Assembly: GCA_050950505.1 (NCBI GenBank)
Contig: JBMNHS010000002.1
Coordinates: forward strand, 64,001 to 128,000
From: Candidatus Methanomethylophilaceae archaeon
GTDB taxonomy: Archaea > Thermoplasmatota > Thermoplasmata > Methanomassiliicoccales > Methanomethylophilaceae
Direction: 5' to 3'
DNA length: 64,000 nt
Shown here piece after piece: positions 20,579 through 31,600 of this stretch (the stretch's first letter is position 1; each line of letters starts with the position of its first letter). The notes under the pieces were generated by a model that saw only the letters and a program-made list of their open reading frames with translations, had not been told where the DNA came from and searched no databases. Made by a program: the position numbers and the translations under genes.

Positions 20579-21994
20579 TCAGTAAAAATCATCCTTGGAC
20601 CATATGATTATGTCGGCGGGAAGTTTGGAAATTTTCCCTTTGCGGGTGGCGACGACAATGCCGATGCCGTTTTCCTCACTGACGTCGATCAGTCTCTGCG
20701 AGATGACTCCGTCGAACACGATGGATGCCACACCTTCAGAGTCTTCTTTGAGGATATCCGCCAGGTTCTTGACCGGAACTTCTTTGATGACGTTCTTTTC
20801 CCCGTCGAGGATTTTTGCATTGTGGGTGGATGCGAGTTCCGCAAGCACGTCCTTGTAGAACTGCTGTTCTTCGGTAAGGACTTTCTCGGGGCGTTTGGAG
20901 GTTCTCTTCCCTTTGAGGGTTCTTGTGGATTTTTCATCCTTATCCTGCTTGTCGTCGTCATCGGATTCCTTGGGCTTTTCTTCCTCTTTGGGTTCCCGGG
21001 TTTCTTTCTTTTTGAATCTCTCCGCGGTTTCGGGATCGAATCTTTCCCTTCTCTGCTGACGTTCTTCGGATCTGCCGTTTCTGCGTTCTTCGGACTTGCG
21101 TTCTTCGGACTTGCTTTCTCTCTTGGGCCGTTCCTTCTTTTCTTCTTCCTCGTCGTCCACGGTAATGTTGTTCATTTCCATGTACTGGTCCGCGGGAATC
21201 TTGTTCCTGAGGCATTTCACGAGCTGTTTCTGCGTCAGTTCTTCGACTTCATGGGCTCTGGGAGCTCTTGCGACGAAGTCCACTTCCGCAACCTGGAAAA
21301 GTTCTTTGAGAATCAGTTCTCCGCCTCTGTCGCCGTCCACGAATGCGGTAACCACCCTTTCCCGGGAAAGTTCCTGCACTGTTTCGGGTATGTCCGTGCC
21401 TTCGACCGCAATCGCGTTCTTGATGCCGGATTTGAGACAGTTGATGACATCGGATCTTCCTTCGACGACAATGATCGCTTCGGAGTCTTTGACATTGGGT
21501 CCGGCGGGACATTTGTCCTTGCCGAAAGAAACAATCTCTTCGACCTGGAGAGTTTTCCTTATGTCGTCGATAAGATCGGAGCTGGTGCCTTTGGACTGTG
21601 TGATAAGCTCTTTGAGAAGTTCTCTTGCCCTGTCGGCGACCATTTCTCTCTTTGTTATCCTTACGTCCTCGATACTTGTGACTTTTATGTTGGCTCTGCA
21701 GGGCCCCACTCTGTCGACGGTCTCAAGAGCGGAAGCGAGCAAAACCGTTTCCACCTGATCGAGACTTGACGACATTATGACGGAACCTTCCGATCTTCCG
21801 CCTTTGGATGTCACTTCAACCTCTATTCTTCCGATCCTTCCGGTCTTCTGGAGGTCTCTCAAATCAAGGTCGTCACCGAGAAGTCCCTCGGTCTGACCAA
21901 AAATTGCGCCCACGACATCAGGTTTTTCTACCACGCCGTCGGCGGTCATCTTCGCCTTGACCAAATATTTCGTAGCTGTTGGATCTGCGTACAT
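20579..21994 (-). CDS. dnaG: Archaeal DnaG (TOPRIM; exosome-associated)
   Basis: DVVGAIFGQTEGLLG, VVEGRSDV, DGDRGG, DGVISQRL. Confidence 0.95.
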   Translation of the reverse strand: MYADPTATKYLVKAKMTADGVVEKPDVVGAIFGQTEGLLGDDLDLRDLQKTGRIGRIEVEVTSKGGRSEGSVIMSSSLDQVETVLLASALETVDRVGPCRANIKVTSIEDVRITKREMVADRARELLKELITQSKGTSSDLIDDIRKTLQVEEIVSFGKDKCPAGPNVKDSEAIIVVEGRSDVINCLKSGIKNAIAVEGTDIPETVQELSRERVVTAFVDGDRGGELILKELFQVAEVDFVARAPRAHEVEELTQKQLVKCLRNKIPADQYMEMNNITVDDEEEEKKERPKRESKSEERKSEERRNGRSEERQQRRERFDPETAERFKKKETREPKEEEKPKESDDDDKQDKDEKSTRTLKGKRTSKRPEKVLTEEQQFYKDVLAELASTHNAKILDGEKNVIKEVPVKNLADILKEDSEGVASIVFDGVISQRLIDVSEENGIGIVVATRKGKISKLPADIIIWSKDDFY

Positions 21995-22297
21995 TTTTTA
22001 ATCTTCCTTGAAGGGAAGCATACGCCCTGCTCAGTCTTGTATCACGGTCTTTTGTCCGTATGACTGTATCTCGTTTCAGACCTTATTGATTTCCCGCATC
22101 CCGCGGGAGGTATGTATGTTGGTTCTGATGCAACCCGGTCCCACGCGGACGGAGTTGCCGATTGATAGTGAATCAGTGAACAGGGAGTATTCAATTCCCC
22201 TGATATCATGATAGCACATCATGCTTATAAGGCTTTGTAGGATGATTGCTCCATCCATGGAATACGATGCACAATCCAGTGTTTTAACGCAAATTCA

Positions 22298-22330
22298 TGA
22301 CGGTTCCGTGAAAGGTTCACGAAACCGTCA
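22298..22330. terminator. Long hairpin downstream of the YhaN-like gene
   Basis: TGACGGTTCCGTGAA-AGG-TTCACGAAACCGTCA inverted repeat. Confidence 0.5.
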
Positions 22331-22338
22331 ATAAAGTT

Positions 22339-24693
22339 TCAGCGTTCCATTTTTATGATTTCGGCTCCGATTTCGGACATGTAACTGCGGGTTTCCCGGT
22401 CACAGGTAAACAGCAGAATCTGCATTTCTTCCGCAACTTCGGCCAATGCCTCGCAGGCGCCCTTCTTCCTTTCGGAATCGAACACCAGCAAAACATCATC
22501 CAACAGAATCGGAAGAGTTTCTTTGGAAAGCTCTTTCGCAACCGCCAGTTTAAGGGAAAGGCAGACCTGTCCCGCAAGCCCGGAACTCCATTTGTCCCCG
22601 GTTTTGACTTCGGTGCCGGTTATCACGGCGACGTCATTGGTTCTCGGGTCGTTGTACATGCGGTATTCTCCGCCGGTCATCATCCCCAGATAACGGTCCG
22701 CAGTCTGAATGACGGCGGGCTGCATGTTTTCGTATATGTCGTCGCAGGCATTGTCGACGATGGTGCGTTCAAGAGACAGCACCCCCCATCTCCTTACCTG
22801 TTCTTCGAGCTCGGCTTCCAAAGCGCTTCTTTCGTTGTACAGTCTTTCGGTGTCGCTGTCGTTCAGAATGTTCTTTTTCTCTCTTTGGATTCTGCCGATA
22901 TGCCTTTGCAGTTCATCGATTTCGTTCTGACGGTCTTCGGGCAATTCGGGAATTTCTTCGTTCGGATTCACGCCGTAATTCTCCAACGCTTCCTTCAACC
23001 CGTTAATTCTCACGTCCAATTTGTCGCGTTCGGCTTTGAGATTCACGATTCTTTCCAACTCTTCGTAACTTCCGTAAGGTTGGAGATATCCGTTCATCTC
23101 CGAAGAAGCCGTTGAGAATTCTTCTGTAGCCTTGGTAAAGTTCTCCGAAGCCTCGGCAAGTCTCGGAACGTTCTCCGCGGTCTTCCTCAGTCTGCGGACA
23201 TCTTCTTCGAAGGTCACGGAAGTCCAACCGACGGCATCGATTACGTTTTTCAGTTCCTTGTTCAGATTCCGGAGGATATCGTCCTGATCGGAAATCTTTG
23301 AGATTTGTGTTTCGCCCACTTTCCTCAGTTTTCTTATTTCTTCAATCATCGGAATTAGGCGGACGGCTTCCGATCTGGTCGTTTCCCTCGGAAATCCTTT
23401 TGCGGCTATGAAATCCGGGAAGTCGTCTTTGGTTTCTTCACCGTAGCGGCTTCTCAGAACCAACACCGCACCCAGAACGAACATTACGGCTCCGACGGCA
23501 TATATCGGCACAGTGCCCGTAACCGCGGCGATTCCCGTAAACAGGAATCCCAGCAGAACGGCCAGAAGGGGCGGGATGTAATTGATTTCGGTTTTGGTCA
23601 AAGGAGTTTCCGCCCGTCTCACCGTTTCGGGACCGGTATCCGCGGAGTCGATGATGCCGTCGTTCAGTCCCTCGGACTCCATGAGTTTTGAAATTTTACT
23701 TCTTGTTTCATTGAGTTCGGTTTCAATTTCGGACTTTCTGGTTTCGGCAGATCTGTGGGTTCCTATGTTTTCGTTCAGATAGCGTATTTTTTCGCTGTTT
23801 TCAATCAACGCCCCGGAATCCGCATCCCCGACGCTTTCCTTTATCTCGTTGAAGGATTTTTCTGCGGATTCCTTTTTCTTTGCGGCGTTTCCCACTTTGA
23901 GTTTCAATTCTTTGCAGGTGTCCAAACCCTCCGCGGGTGCTTTATCGGCATCTTCCATGGTTTTCCGGGTTTCAGTAAACTCGTTCAGATTGGACACCGT
24001 CTGATTCAGGGTTTTGTGCTTTTTCCTCAGTTCCAAAATTTCCTGACGTTTTTCCTGTTCTTCCTTCAGCACGAGAATTTCTTTTTCCTTTTCCTCCTCT
24101 TCGGCGGCAAGTCTTCCGTATTCCGGACCTTTTGTTTTGGCGTCTTCAATCTTTACCTTCACGTTTTCTATTTCTTTGAGGATTTTCCCGATTCCTTTGT
24201 TGTCGGTGTGTCTGGAATCGTTCAGCAAATCATTCATTCCGGTATTGATGTCTTCGGAAATCCGGGGCAGGTTTTCGCCTCCGGGAATCGTAAGGAATCT
24301 TCGTTTGATGTCTCCGGAAGCCACCAATTCCGTATCGATGAGATCTTCCGGATTCATGGCGTAGACTTTCTGATACACCTCGGGGGTGATTCCGGTAAGG
24401 TCTTCGGGCATGACGCCGGTGTCGGAAGAGGATTTGGTTCCGTCGCGGGTCACGGTGAATTTCTTTCCGTCGTCGGTGATGCAGTCCACCTCCCCGGAAT
24501 CCGTTTTTTCGTGTTGGGGATAAACACCCTTCCGTTTTCCGGTTCTGAACAGTGTGGTTCTGATGAACTCTTTCAAAGTGGTTTTGCCGCTTTCGTTTTC
24601 TCCGAAGAATACCGTCATCCCCGGGTCGAGGGGGCCAACGTCCCGGTTGGCAAGCTTTCCGAACAGTTTGATTCGGACACTGTCGATTTTCAT
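22339..24693 (-). CDS. YhaN-like SMC/Rad50-family ATPase with internal TM hairpin
   Basis: GENESGKTT, coiled coils, two central TM segments, WSSG signature, LLDDVLLVFD, FTC. Confidence 0.8.
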   Translation of the reverse strand: MKIDSVRIKLFGKLANRDVGPLDPGMTVFFGENESGKTTLKEFIRTTLFRTGKRKGVYPQHEKTDSGEVDCITDDGKKFTVTRDGTKSSSDTGVMPEDLTGITPEVYQKVYAMNPEDLIDTELVASGDIKRRFLTIPGGENLPRISEDINTGMNDLLNDSRHTDNKGIGKILKEIENVKVKIEDAKTKGPEYGRLAAEEEEKEKEILVLKEEQEKRQEILELRKKHKTLNQTVSNLNEFTETRKTMEDADKAPAEGLDTCKELKLKVGNAAKKKESAEKSFNEIKESVGDADSGALIENSEKIRYLNENIGTHRSAETRKSEIETELNETRSKISKLMESEGLNDGIIDSADTGPETVRRAETPLTKTEINYIPPLLAVLLGFLFTGIAAVTGTVPIYAVGAVMFVLGAVLVLRSRYGEETKDDFPDFIAAKGFPRETTRSEAVRLIPMIEEIRKLRKVGETQISKISDQDDILRNLNKELKNVIDAVGWTSVTFEEDVRRLRKTAENVPRLAEASENFTKATEEFSTASSEMNGYLQPYGSYEELERIVNLKAERDKLDVRINGLKEALENYGVNPNEEIPELPEDRQNEIDELQRHIGRIQREKKNILNDSDTERLYNERSALEAELEEQVRRWGVLSLERTIVDNACDDIYENMQPAVIQTADRYLGMMTGGEYRMYNDPRTNDVAVITGTEVKTGDKWSSGLAGQVCLSLKLAVAKELSKETLPILLDDVLLVFDSERKKGACEALAEVAEEMQILLFTCDRETRSYMSEIGAEIIKMER

Positions 24694-25877
24694 TCTGCTG
24701 CCTCCGACAGACGGTCGGTGAGCTTCGCCCCGGCATCGAAAATCATTGTTTTCAAATCATCATCCGTCATGTTTTCGAAATGACTCATTATGTATTTTTT
24801 GGAAACGCCGGTGCTGCAGATAAGATCAATCAATTCCCCCCGGTCCGCGGATTCCAAGGATTCGGTGACTTCCATAATTTTTGAAAGCAAATCATTTTTG
24901 CCGACGGTCGGCAGATTCTCAGGTTTCGATTTGACGTCTATGCTTTCGATGATGCAGCCGGTTCTGTTTTCCACCGTTCTTATCACATCATCGTATTCTT
25001 TTCTGATCATTCCGTCAAGGGAACCTCTCCCCGTGACCGTCAGTCTGACGATGGAACCTCTATTGACGATTGAAGCGACTTCATCGATGAAACTGTTCAG
25101 ATTGTATTCGGTTATGTCGATTTCCCCCGTTTCCCAGAGGATGGTCTGGGTGGGAACGAATTTCAGATCTCTCACGACATCGCTTTCCACGGTTACGACA
25201 TAAGCGCCCTTCTCCCCGGATTCTTTGATGTTCCGCCCCTGGGGATTTCCCGGATACACGACGTAAGGGCGTTCGTTGAGCACTCCGCCTTTGTGGATGT
25301 GGCCCAATGCCCAGTAATCGATGTTCTTGCCCATCAGATCGGTCATGGTGCAGGGAGCGTACACCGAGTCGTCTCCGCCGTCCATGTCGCAGTGGACGCA
25401 GCCGATGGTAAACAGATTGCCGGAACCCTTCAATTTCGAGGCGAGATTTTCTTTGGTGTGTTTTTCCGTGAAACTGATTCCCGTCAATTCCACCAGCCCT
25501 CCGTTTTTCAGACTGTGGATGACAGTTTCGGGTTCTCCCCCGAATTCACGTGCGTTGGGAGGGAGCGGGATGCTGTTCTCCCAACCTGTGCGGAAATCGT
25601 GGTTTCCCCGGACGATATAACAGGGAACTTCGGCTTTTTCCAACAGTTCGGTATAGCGGGCTCTTGTGCCGGGGGTGGTGGTATCGGAATCGAACATATC
25701 CCCGGAAATAACCAAAAAGTCCGCATTTTCAGAATGAACGAGATCCACGATGCCGGAGAAGGAATCGAAAGTGGATTCGAACATCCTTTCCGCCAATTCC
25801 TTATCTTTGGACCTTACACCGGAGAATCTGCTGCCAAGGTGCAGATCCGCACAATGTATGAATTTGAAATCAGACAT
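24690..25877 (-). CDS. YhaO-like Mre11/SbcD-family metallophosphoesterase nuclease
   Basis: ADLHLG, SGD.FD, GNHD, YWALGHIH, YPGNPQGR...E.G.KG. Confidence 0.88.
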   Translation of the reverse strand: MSDFKFIHCADLHLGSRFSGVRSKDKELAERMFESTFDSFSGIVDLVHSENADFLVISGDMFDSDTTTPGTRARYTELLEKAEVPCYIVRGNHDFRTGWENSIPLPPNAREFGGEPETVIHSLKNGGLVELTGISFTEKHTKENLASKLKGSGNLFTIGCVHCDMDGGDDSVYAPCTMTDLMGKNIDYWALGHIHKGGVLNERPYVVYPGNPQGRNIKESGEKGAYVVTVESDVVRDLKFVPTQTILWETGEIDITEYNLNSFIDEVASIVNRGSIVRLTVTGRGSLDGMIRKEYDDVIRTVENRTGCIIESIDVKSKPENLPTVGKNDLLSKIMEVTESLESADRGELIDLICSTGVSKKYIMSHFENMTDDDLKTMIFDAGAKLTDRLSEAAE

Positions 25878-26000
25878 GATTCTCCGAATGGGTCCTTAAC
25901 GTTATAAATCAAATCCGAAGAGGTCGCCGTATCAACCGAAAATGAATATGCGGAAAAGGTTGTAAATAATATAGTAATAGGACCTTTCGACGGTTATCAT

Positions 26001-27800
26001 ATGAAATGCATAAAGAACAGGGTCCGGAAAGAAGTCGAAAGAGGTTGCATAGGTTCGGACCTGAGCTGTCCGTACCACCCGTCACATTTCATCGGGCAGG
26101 ATTGCACCTTCTGTTATTGCCCCTTCTACCCCTGCAGGGACCCTTTGCTCGGAAAATCGATAGTTTCCAAGAGAGGCGGAGATATCTGGGATTGTTCCGA
26201 CTGCCTGTTCATTCACAGAACCGAAGCCGTCGAATTCATCATGAAAGAAATCCGTGACAGAGGTTTCGATAACTGCGATGACGGTGTCATGAAAGAAATT
26301 TTGGAAGAAACGAAGAAAAGATTCTGGAGAAAAGGCAAAGCACTGATGGTGCTCGGTGCGACCTCGGATGCCGGAAAATCCATCACCGTGACTGCTTTGT
26401 GCAGAATTTTACAGAGAAAAGGGATGTTGGTGGTCCCTTTCAAATCCCAAAATATGAGTTTGAATTCCAAAGTTACCCGCACCGGTTCGGAGATAGCCAT
26501 GATTCAGGCGTTGCAGGCACAGGCCGCGGGACTGAAAAACACAAATCATCACATGAATCCTATACTAATGAAGCCAAAGGGCGACACAACCTCCCAGGTA
26601 ATCGTTCACGGAAAGCCCTTCGGCGATTACGACGTGGAATCCTATTACAGGGAATTTGTTCCCGGCCCCGGCATAAAAGCGGTCAGGGAAAGTCTGGATT
26701 TTCTTAAAAATCGGTATGACGCAGTGATTATGGAAGGCGCCGGTTCTCCTGCCGAGATAAACATTTACGATTATGATATTGCCAACATGAAGGCCGCCGA
26801 GGCCGCGGATGCGGACTGTATCCTCGTCGTAAACGCCGAATGGGGCGGTTCTTTCGCGTACGCTTTGGGCACCGTCGAACTGATACCGGAAGAAGACAGA
26901 AAACGCATAAAAGGCATCGTCATAAACAACGTTCGGGGAGATCCCGAAAAGATGAAATCCGGAGTGAAGGAACTGGAAGAGCTGACAGGAATACCGGTAA
27001 TCGGAATAATTTCCCACGCAGATGTGAGACTTCCCGCCGAGGATTCGAATTCCTTCAGAATCTCCTGTGAAGCCGGCGACGGAAAGATTACGGTTGCAGT
27101 CGTCAAGTTTCCTAGAATATCGAACTTCTCGGATTTTGACCCTTTGCTGTTGGAAGATGTTTCAATCAGGTTCGTTGAAACCCCTGAAGGATTGGATGAC
27201 GTCGACGCCGTGATACTTCCGGGAACCAAGAACACGATTTCCGATCTGAACTGGATGAAGGACAACGGAATCGCTTTGAAACTGGAGTCGATCAAAGGCA
27301 AAATCCCAATAATGGGAATCTGCGGAGGATACCAGATGATGGGAAAACTCCTTTCGGATCCCGACGGCGTGGAAGGAATCCCTTCCGAAGCCGAAGGATT
27401 GGGATTCTTTGACGACGTCACCGTGTGGAAAAAAGGAACGGATGTTCTCAGACGGGCGGACGGAAAAATACTGTCACGGGGCGGGGACGTGTCCGGATAT
27501 GAAACACACGAGGGAATCACCGAGGTAAAGGAAAATCCGCTGTTCGGATTCAAAACGTTCAACGGGGACTTCATGGAAGGTTCCGTAAGGGAAAACGAGT
27601 TGTTGTTGGGAACCTATCTTCACGGGGTGTTCGATTCCGTCGATTTCAGAAACTATTTCCTTTCGTTCATCGAAAACGCGGGTCAAGGGTCCGGAATCGA
27701 GTATTACGAATTCTTGGACGAAAATATTGACAGACTCGCGGACGTTTTCGAGAATGCCTTGGACATGGATGCAATCATGAAACTGACGGAGGCGGACTGA
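26001..27800 (+). CDS. cobQ: Cobyric acid synthase fused to an N-terminal cysteine-rich domain
   Basis: CPYHPSH..QDCTFCYCPFYPC..CSDC..H; GATSDAGKS, PFKSQNMS, EGAGSPAEIN, PGTKNT, GICGGYQM, GTYLHG. Confidence 0.92.
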   Translation: MKCIKNRVRKEVERGCIGSDLSCPYHPSHFIGQDCTFCYCPFYPCRDPLLGKSIVSKRGGDIWDCSDCLFIHRTEAVEFIMKEIRDRGFDNCDDGVMKEILEETKKRFWRKGKALMVLGATSDAGKSITVTALCRILQRKGMLVVPFKSQNMSLNSKVTRTGSEIAMIQALQAQAAGLKNTNHHMNPILMKPKGDTTSQVIVHGKPFGDYDVESYYREFVPGPGIKAVRESLDFLKNRYDAVIMEGAGSPAEINIYDYDIANMKAAEAADADCILVVNAEWGGSFAYALGTVELIPEEDRKRIKGIVINNVRGDPEKMKSGVKELEELTGIPVIGIISHADVRLPAEDSNSFRISCEAGDGKITVAVVKFPRISNFSDFDPLLLEDVSIRFVETPEGLDDVDAVILPGTKNTISDLNWMKDNGIALKLESIKGKIPIMGICGGYQMMGKLLSDPDGVEGIPSEAEGLGFFDDVTVWKKGTDVLRRADGKILSRGGDVSGYETHEGITEVKENPLFGFKTFNGDFMEGSVRENELLLGTYLHGVFDSVDFRNYFLSFIENAGQGSGIEYYEFLDENIDRLADVFENALDMDAIMKLTEAD

Positions 27801-28613
27801 ATGAAAATAATGTTTTTGGGAACGGCGTCGGGAGCCGGCAAAACAACGGTTTCCGCAATGTACTGCCGTTATTTGGCCAGGAACGGAGTGTCCGTCGCTC
27901 CTTTCAAAGCTTCAAACTTATCTTTGCGCTCAAAGGAAGTCGCAGGGGGACGCATCGGGATAGGTCAGGCCCTCCAGGCCGAAGCAGCGGGAATCGAACC
28001 CACTGCGGATATGAATCCCGTGTTGTTGGAACCTGTCGGAAAAGGTTCGATCAGGATGTATCTGAACGGCAGTCCTCATTCGGAGATGGATGATAAAAAT
28101 TACATGGAAGCCGAATACATTCTTGAGGAAGCCTGCCTGGCTTTCGACAGGTTGTCCGAAAAATATGAAGCAATCGTATGCGAAGGTTCCGGATCCCCTG
28201 CCGAAATAAACATGAAAAACAGGGACATCGCAAACAAGGGAATGATAAGATCCAGAAACATTCCCGCGGTGCTTGTGGGGGATATCGAAAGAGGCGGCGT
28301 GTTCGCCGCACTGTACGGAACCTGGAAACTTATGCCGGACGACATCAGGAAATGTTTAAAGGGATTCGTAATCAATCGTTTCCGCGGCGACGTTTCAATA
28401 TTGGACAGCGGCATCCGAAAGATAGAAGAGATGACCGGAATGAAGTTTCTGGGACTGCTGCCTTATATGAAATTGGAACTCCCGGAGGAAGATTCCCCGT
28501 CCTGCGATGACGGAACCGTGGCGGACATAACCGAATCTTTGGATGAGATGATCGGCAAAGCCGAGGAATCCGGATTTGATTTTGACGGTCTCAACAGAAT
28601 TGCGAAAAGCTGA
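27801..28613 (+). CDS. CobQ paralogue, synthetase domain only
   Basis: GTASGAGKT, PFKA.N.S, EGSGSPAEIN, DIERGG.FA, INRFRGD, LPEED; no glutaminase domain. Confidence 0.8.
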   Translation: MKIMFLGTASGAGKTTVSAMYCRYLARNGVSVAPFKASNLSLRSKEVAGGRIGIGQALQAEAAGIEPTADMNPVLLEPVGKGSIRMYLNGSPHSEMDDKNYMEAEYILEEACLAFDRLSEKYEAIVCEGSGSPAEINMKNRDIANKGMIRSRNIPAVLVGDIERGGVFAALYGTWKLMPDDIRKCLKGFVINRFRGDVSILDSGIRKIEEMTGMKFLGLLPYMKLELPEEDSPSCDDGTVADITESLDEMIGKAEESGFDFDGLNRIAKS

Positions 28614-28630
28614 TTATCCGCCGGAAGCAA
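28503..28630. repeat. 128-bp direct repeat, copy 1 (3' ends of cobQ-2 and SAMP)
   Basis: Matches 32330-32457 with 4 mismatches by manual alignment. Confidence 0.95.
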
Positions 28631-28673
28631 TCCCCCTTACAGATTTTCTGTTCCTGAGAGTTCTGATTCTCAC
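28614..28673 (-). pseudogene. Internally deleted SAMP/ThiS relic
   Basis: Reads VRIRTLRNRKSVRGIASGG*, aligning to both ends of the intact VSVRIVMNGKS...RVASGG at 32441-32635. Confidence 0.8.
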
Positions 28674-28697
28674 GGTTTCTCCGTCATTCGGATTTTT

Positions 28698-31600
28698 TCA
28701 TAAACGCAATCTTCTGATTCCGATCAGCAACGGAACAACCAGCACTACTCCCGCGGCCGCCATCTTGAATTCATATGTGTTCAACCGAGCGGTCCAAGGT
28801 TCTTTCTGCAGGGCACCGCTTACCGTCACGTCCTCGGTAACATTGATAATCAGAATATTTCCGTTGGCAGTTCCGGTGCCCGTATTGTGCCATTGGAACA
28901 GTTCTTCTCCGTCAGGCATCGCCTGCACAGTTAAATCGGAACCGTGGGGAACCGATATATAGTACGATTCTCCGGGACCCGCGATGAATTCCACGGGATC
29001 GTTTTCGTTCAAGACATATACGAACGACGTTTTATCATCAGATTTCACAGTCACAGTGTATACGTTGGCCACAATACCATCAACGGTGATTTCGATGTCT
29101 TCGATAATGTTCAGCAGTATCATGGAAACCGTGTCTCCGTTGCTTACCGTGGCGATTTCCGTACCGTTCATCAGGATTACGGGTACGGATTCGCTGTATC
29201 CTTCCTTCAGTGAAAATACAAATGCGAAGGATCCCTTATGATTAACAGGCGAAGAGTAACCTTCTGCGGGGACGAGAGTGTATCCGTCTCCGGGTACCAG
29301 GACGACATTGTGAGTCATTATCTCAAAGATTACCTCAAAGGTGTGATCGGCGGTGATGTTGAGGAACGTATAGGTTCCTCTGCCGTCCTCATCAATGTTG
29401 AAATCGACGGAAATACCGTCAGCCAATACTTCACAGATGCAATGCCCTTCGTCAGTCCAGAATGTGAATGTAGCATTGTTTCCGTGTTCAACAACGAAAT
29501 CACTGTCAGGGCTTACAGATCCTTCTCCGGACCAATCGACGGTCATCTCATATGTGATTTTCGTGAAAGTCACAAAAATGTCATGGTCGGATTCGACCGA
29601 AGATATAGTGTAAGTCCAAACTCCTGCGTCCGTTTCAACGGCCGATGCAAACACGTTCACATCGTTATCCGTAAGGGCATCAAGAGTGTATCCTTCGTTC
29701 GATGTTATGGTTATGGTAACGTCGTCTCCGTATGACGGTTCGTAATCATCGGCTGTGATGCTTCCGTTGCCGGGATTGTTGACGGATATCACGTAATATG
29801 CTTCGAATTCCACATGTATTGTGTGCGATTCTTCGACCTTCAGGAATGTGTAAGTTCCTATGCCGTCATCATCCACATCATAATCGACGGAAACACCGTC
29901 CACTTTTACATCTTTTATGCGGTATCCTGCATTGGCTTGGAAGGAAAAGATCACTCCGTCGTAAGGTACCTGGGTGTCGGTGGGATCAATATGACCGCCG
30001 AATCCGGCGGATGAGGTTATTGTGTTCAGGAATGCAGGCGACCACTTGGCATACAATGTGAAATCGGAAGTCACGGGCGTTGAAAAATCGTAGGCATTGT
30101 TAAAACCAGAGTCTAAGAACCATCCTTCGAAGATGTATCCGTAACGGGAAAAGTCTGCAGGCTCCGTCGGTTCTGTTAGTATGCCTCCGTCGAAAACTCT
30201 CCCGTCCGGAACCGGTTCATCACTCTTAGCATTGAACGACACCGTGTGTTTAAGTGCAAGCCACTTGCCTGTTGTTGCGTCGTAAGTGTATTTTTTGACG
30301 GCTCTGTCACTACCCGTCAATTCGGGTCCGTCGGGATCGTAGAACGACCCTCCCGTGGTTTCCGTGGCGTTTTCAGTGAATGTTATGGTTCTGCCCGTCC
30401 CACCTTCTATGGTCAAAATTGACAAATCAAAAGCGTCTATTACCAAGTCTGTCACTTCTCTGTTTTGCCCCGGTAATTTCCAATTGAAAGAAGTTCCGAG
30501 TATTGTGGATGTCGGATTTTCTTTAGCATGAGTTATCGTCAGAGTTCGGATCGGACATGAGTTGAAAACAGCGGTGCCAAAGTCAGTAACGGAATTAGGG
30601 ATTGTTATCGATGACAGATTGGAACAACTGGTGAATACACCGTCACCGATTGTTGTTACAGAATCCGGAATTATTATTGATGTAAGACCGGAGCAGCTAG
30701 CAAATGCATACTTATTGATTGTTGTCACAGAATCCGGAATTGTTATTGATGACAGGCGGGAACAATTATAGAACGCATAATTGTTAATTACAGTCACGGA
30801 ATCCGGAATTGTTATTGATGCCAGGAGGGAACAATTATAGAATAAATTAGTTTCTAGCTTATTCAAAGATGGTGATTCTCCGAATTCAATCGATGTCAAT
30901 CCGCTGCATCCTGAAAATGTATCACTACCGATTGTTGTCACGGAATCCGGAATTGTTATCGATGACAGGCTGGAGCAGTCCTTAAATGCAGAAATGCCTA
31001 TGGTTTTCAGTTTCGATGTTTCAAACAAAACATCGGTCAATTCGACACATCCAAGGAATGCATTTCTATTGATGTCTGTCACAGAATCCGGAATTGTTAT
31101 TAATGACAGGCTGGAGCAGTCCTTAAATGCTTCATTACTTATGATTTTTAGGGAAGACGTTTTCTCAAACACTACCTCCGTCAGGCTCTTGCAATTTTGG
31201 AATAACTGGGAGCCGATGGTTTCCACGGAGTTCGGAATTACTATTGATATGAGGCCGGTATTTTCAAACACATTTCTACTTATGGATGTTACCGAATTCG
31301 GAATCGTAATGGATTTGAGGCTCGAACAGTTTTTGAAAGCTTCACTTGGTAGTTCTTTCAAAAGAGAATGCTCCCCGAAGAGGACTGTGTCCAACGTGAT
31401 ACAGTTCGTGAACGCATTGGCATTAATTTTATTTACTGAATCCGGAATTGTAATGGATCCGAGGCTCGAACAGCTTTCAAACGAATTATTCCCGATAGTC
31501 TTAATCGAATTCGGAAGCGTTATTGAATCCAGGGCAGTGCAGCCGGAGAACGTATACTCTCGGATGGTTTCCAAAGAAGATGCGGCATCAAACGTTACTG

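Noticed and set aside
21086-21115. 15-bp tandem repeat in dnaG (KSEERKSEER)
   Set aside because: Low-complexity charged linker, in frame
22076-22258. 60-aa and 67-aa ORFs upstream of dnaG
   Set aside because: No SD or motif; region better explained as promoter and leader
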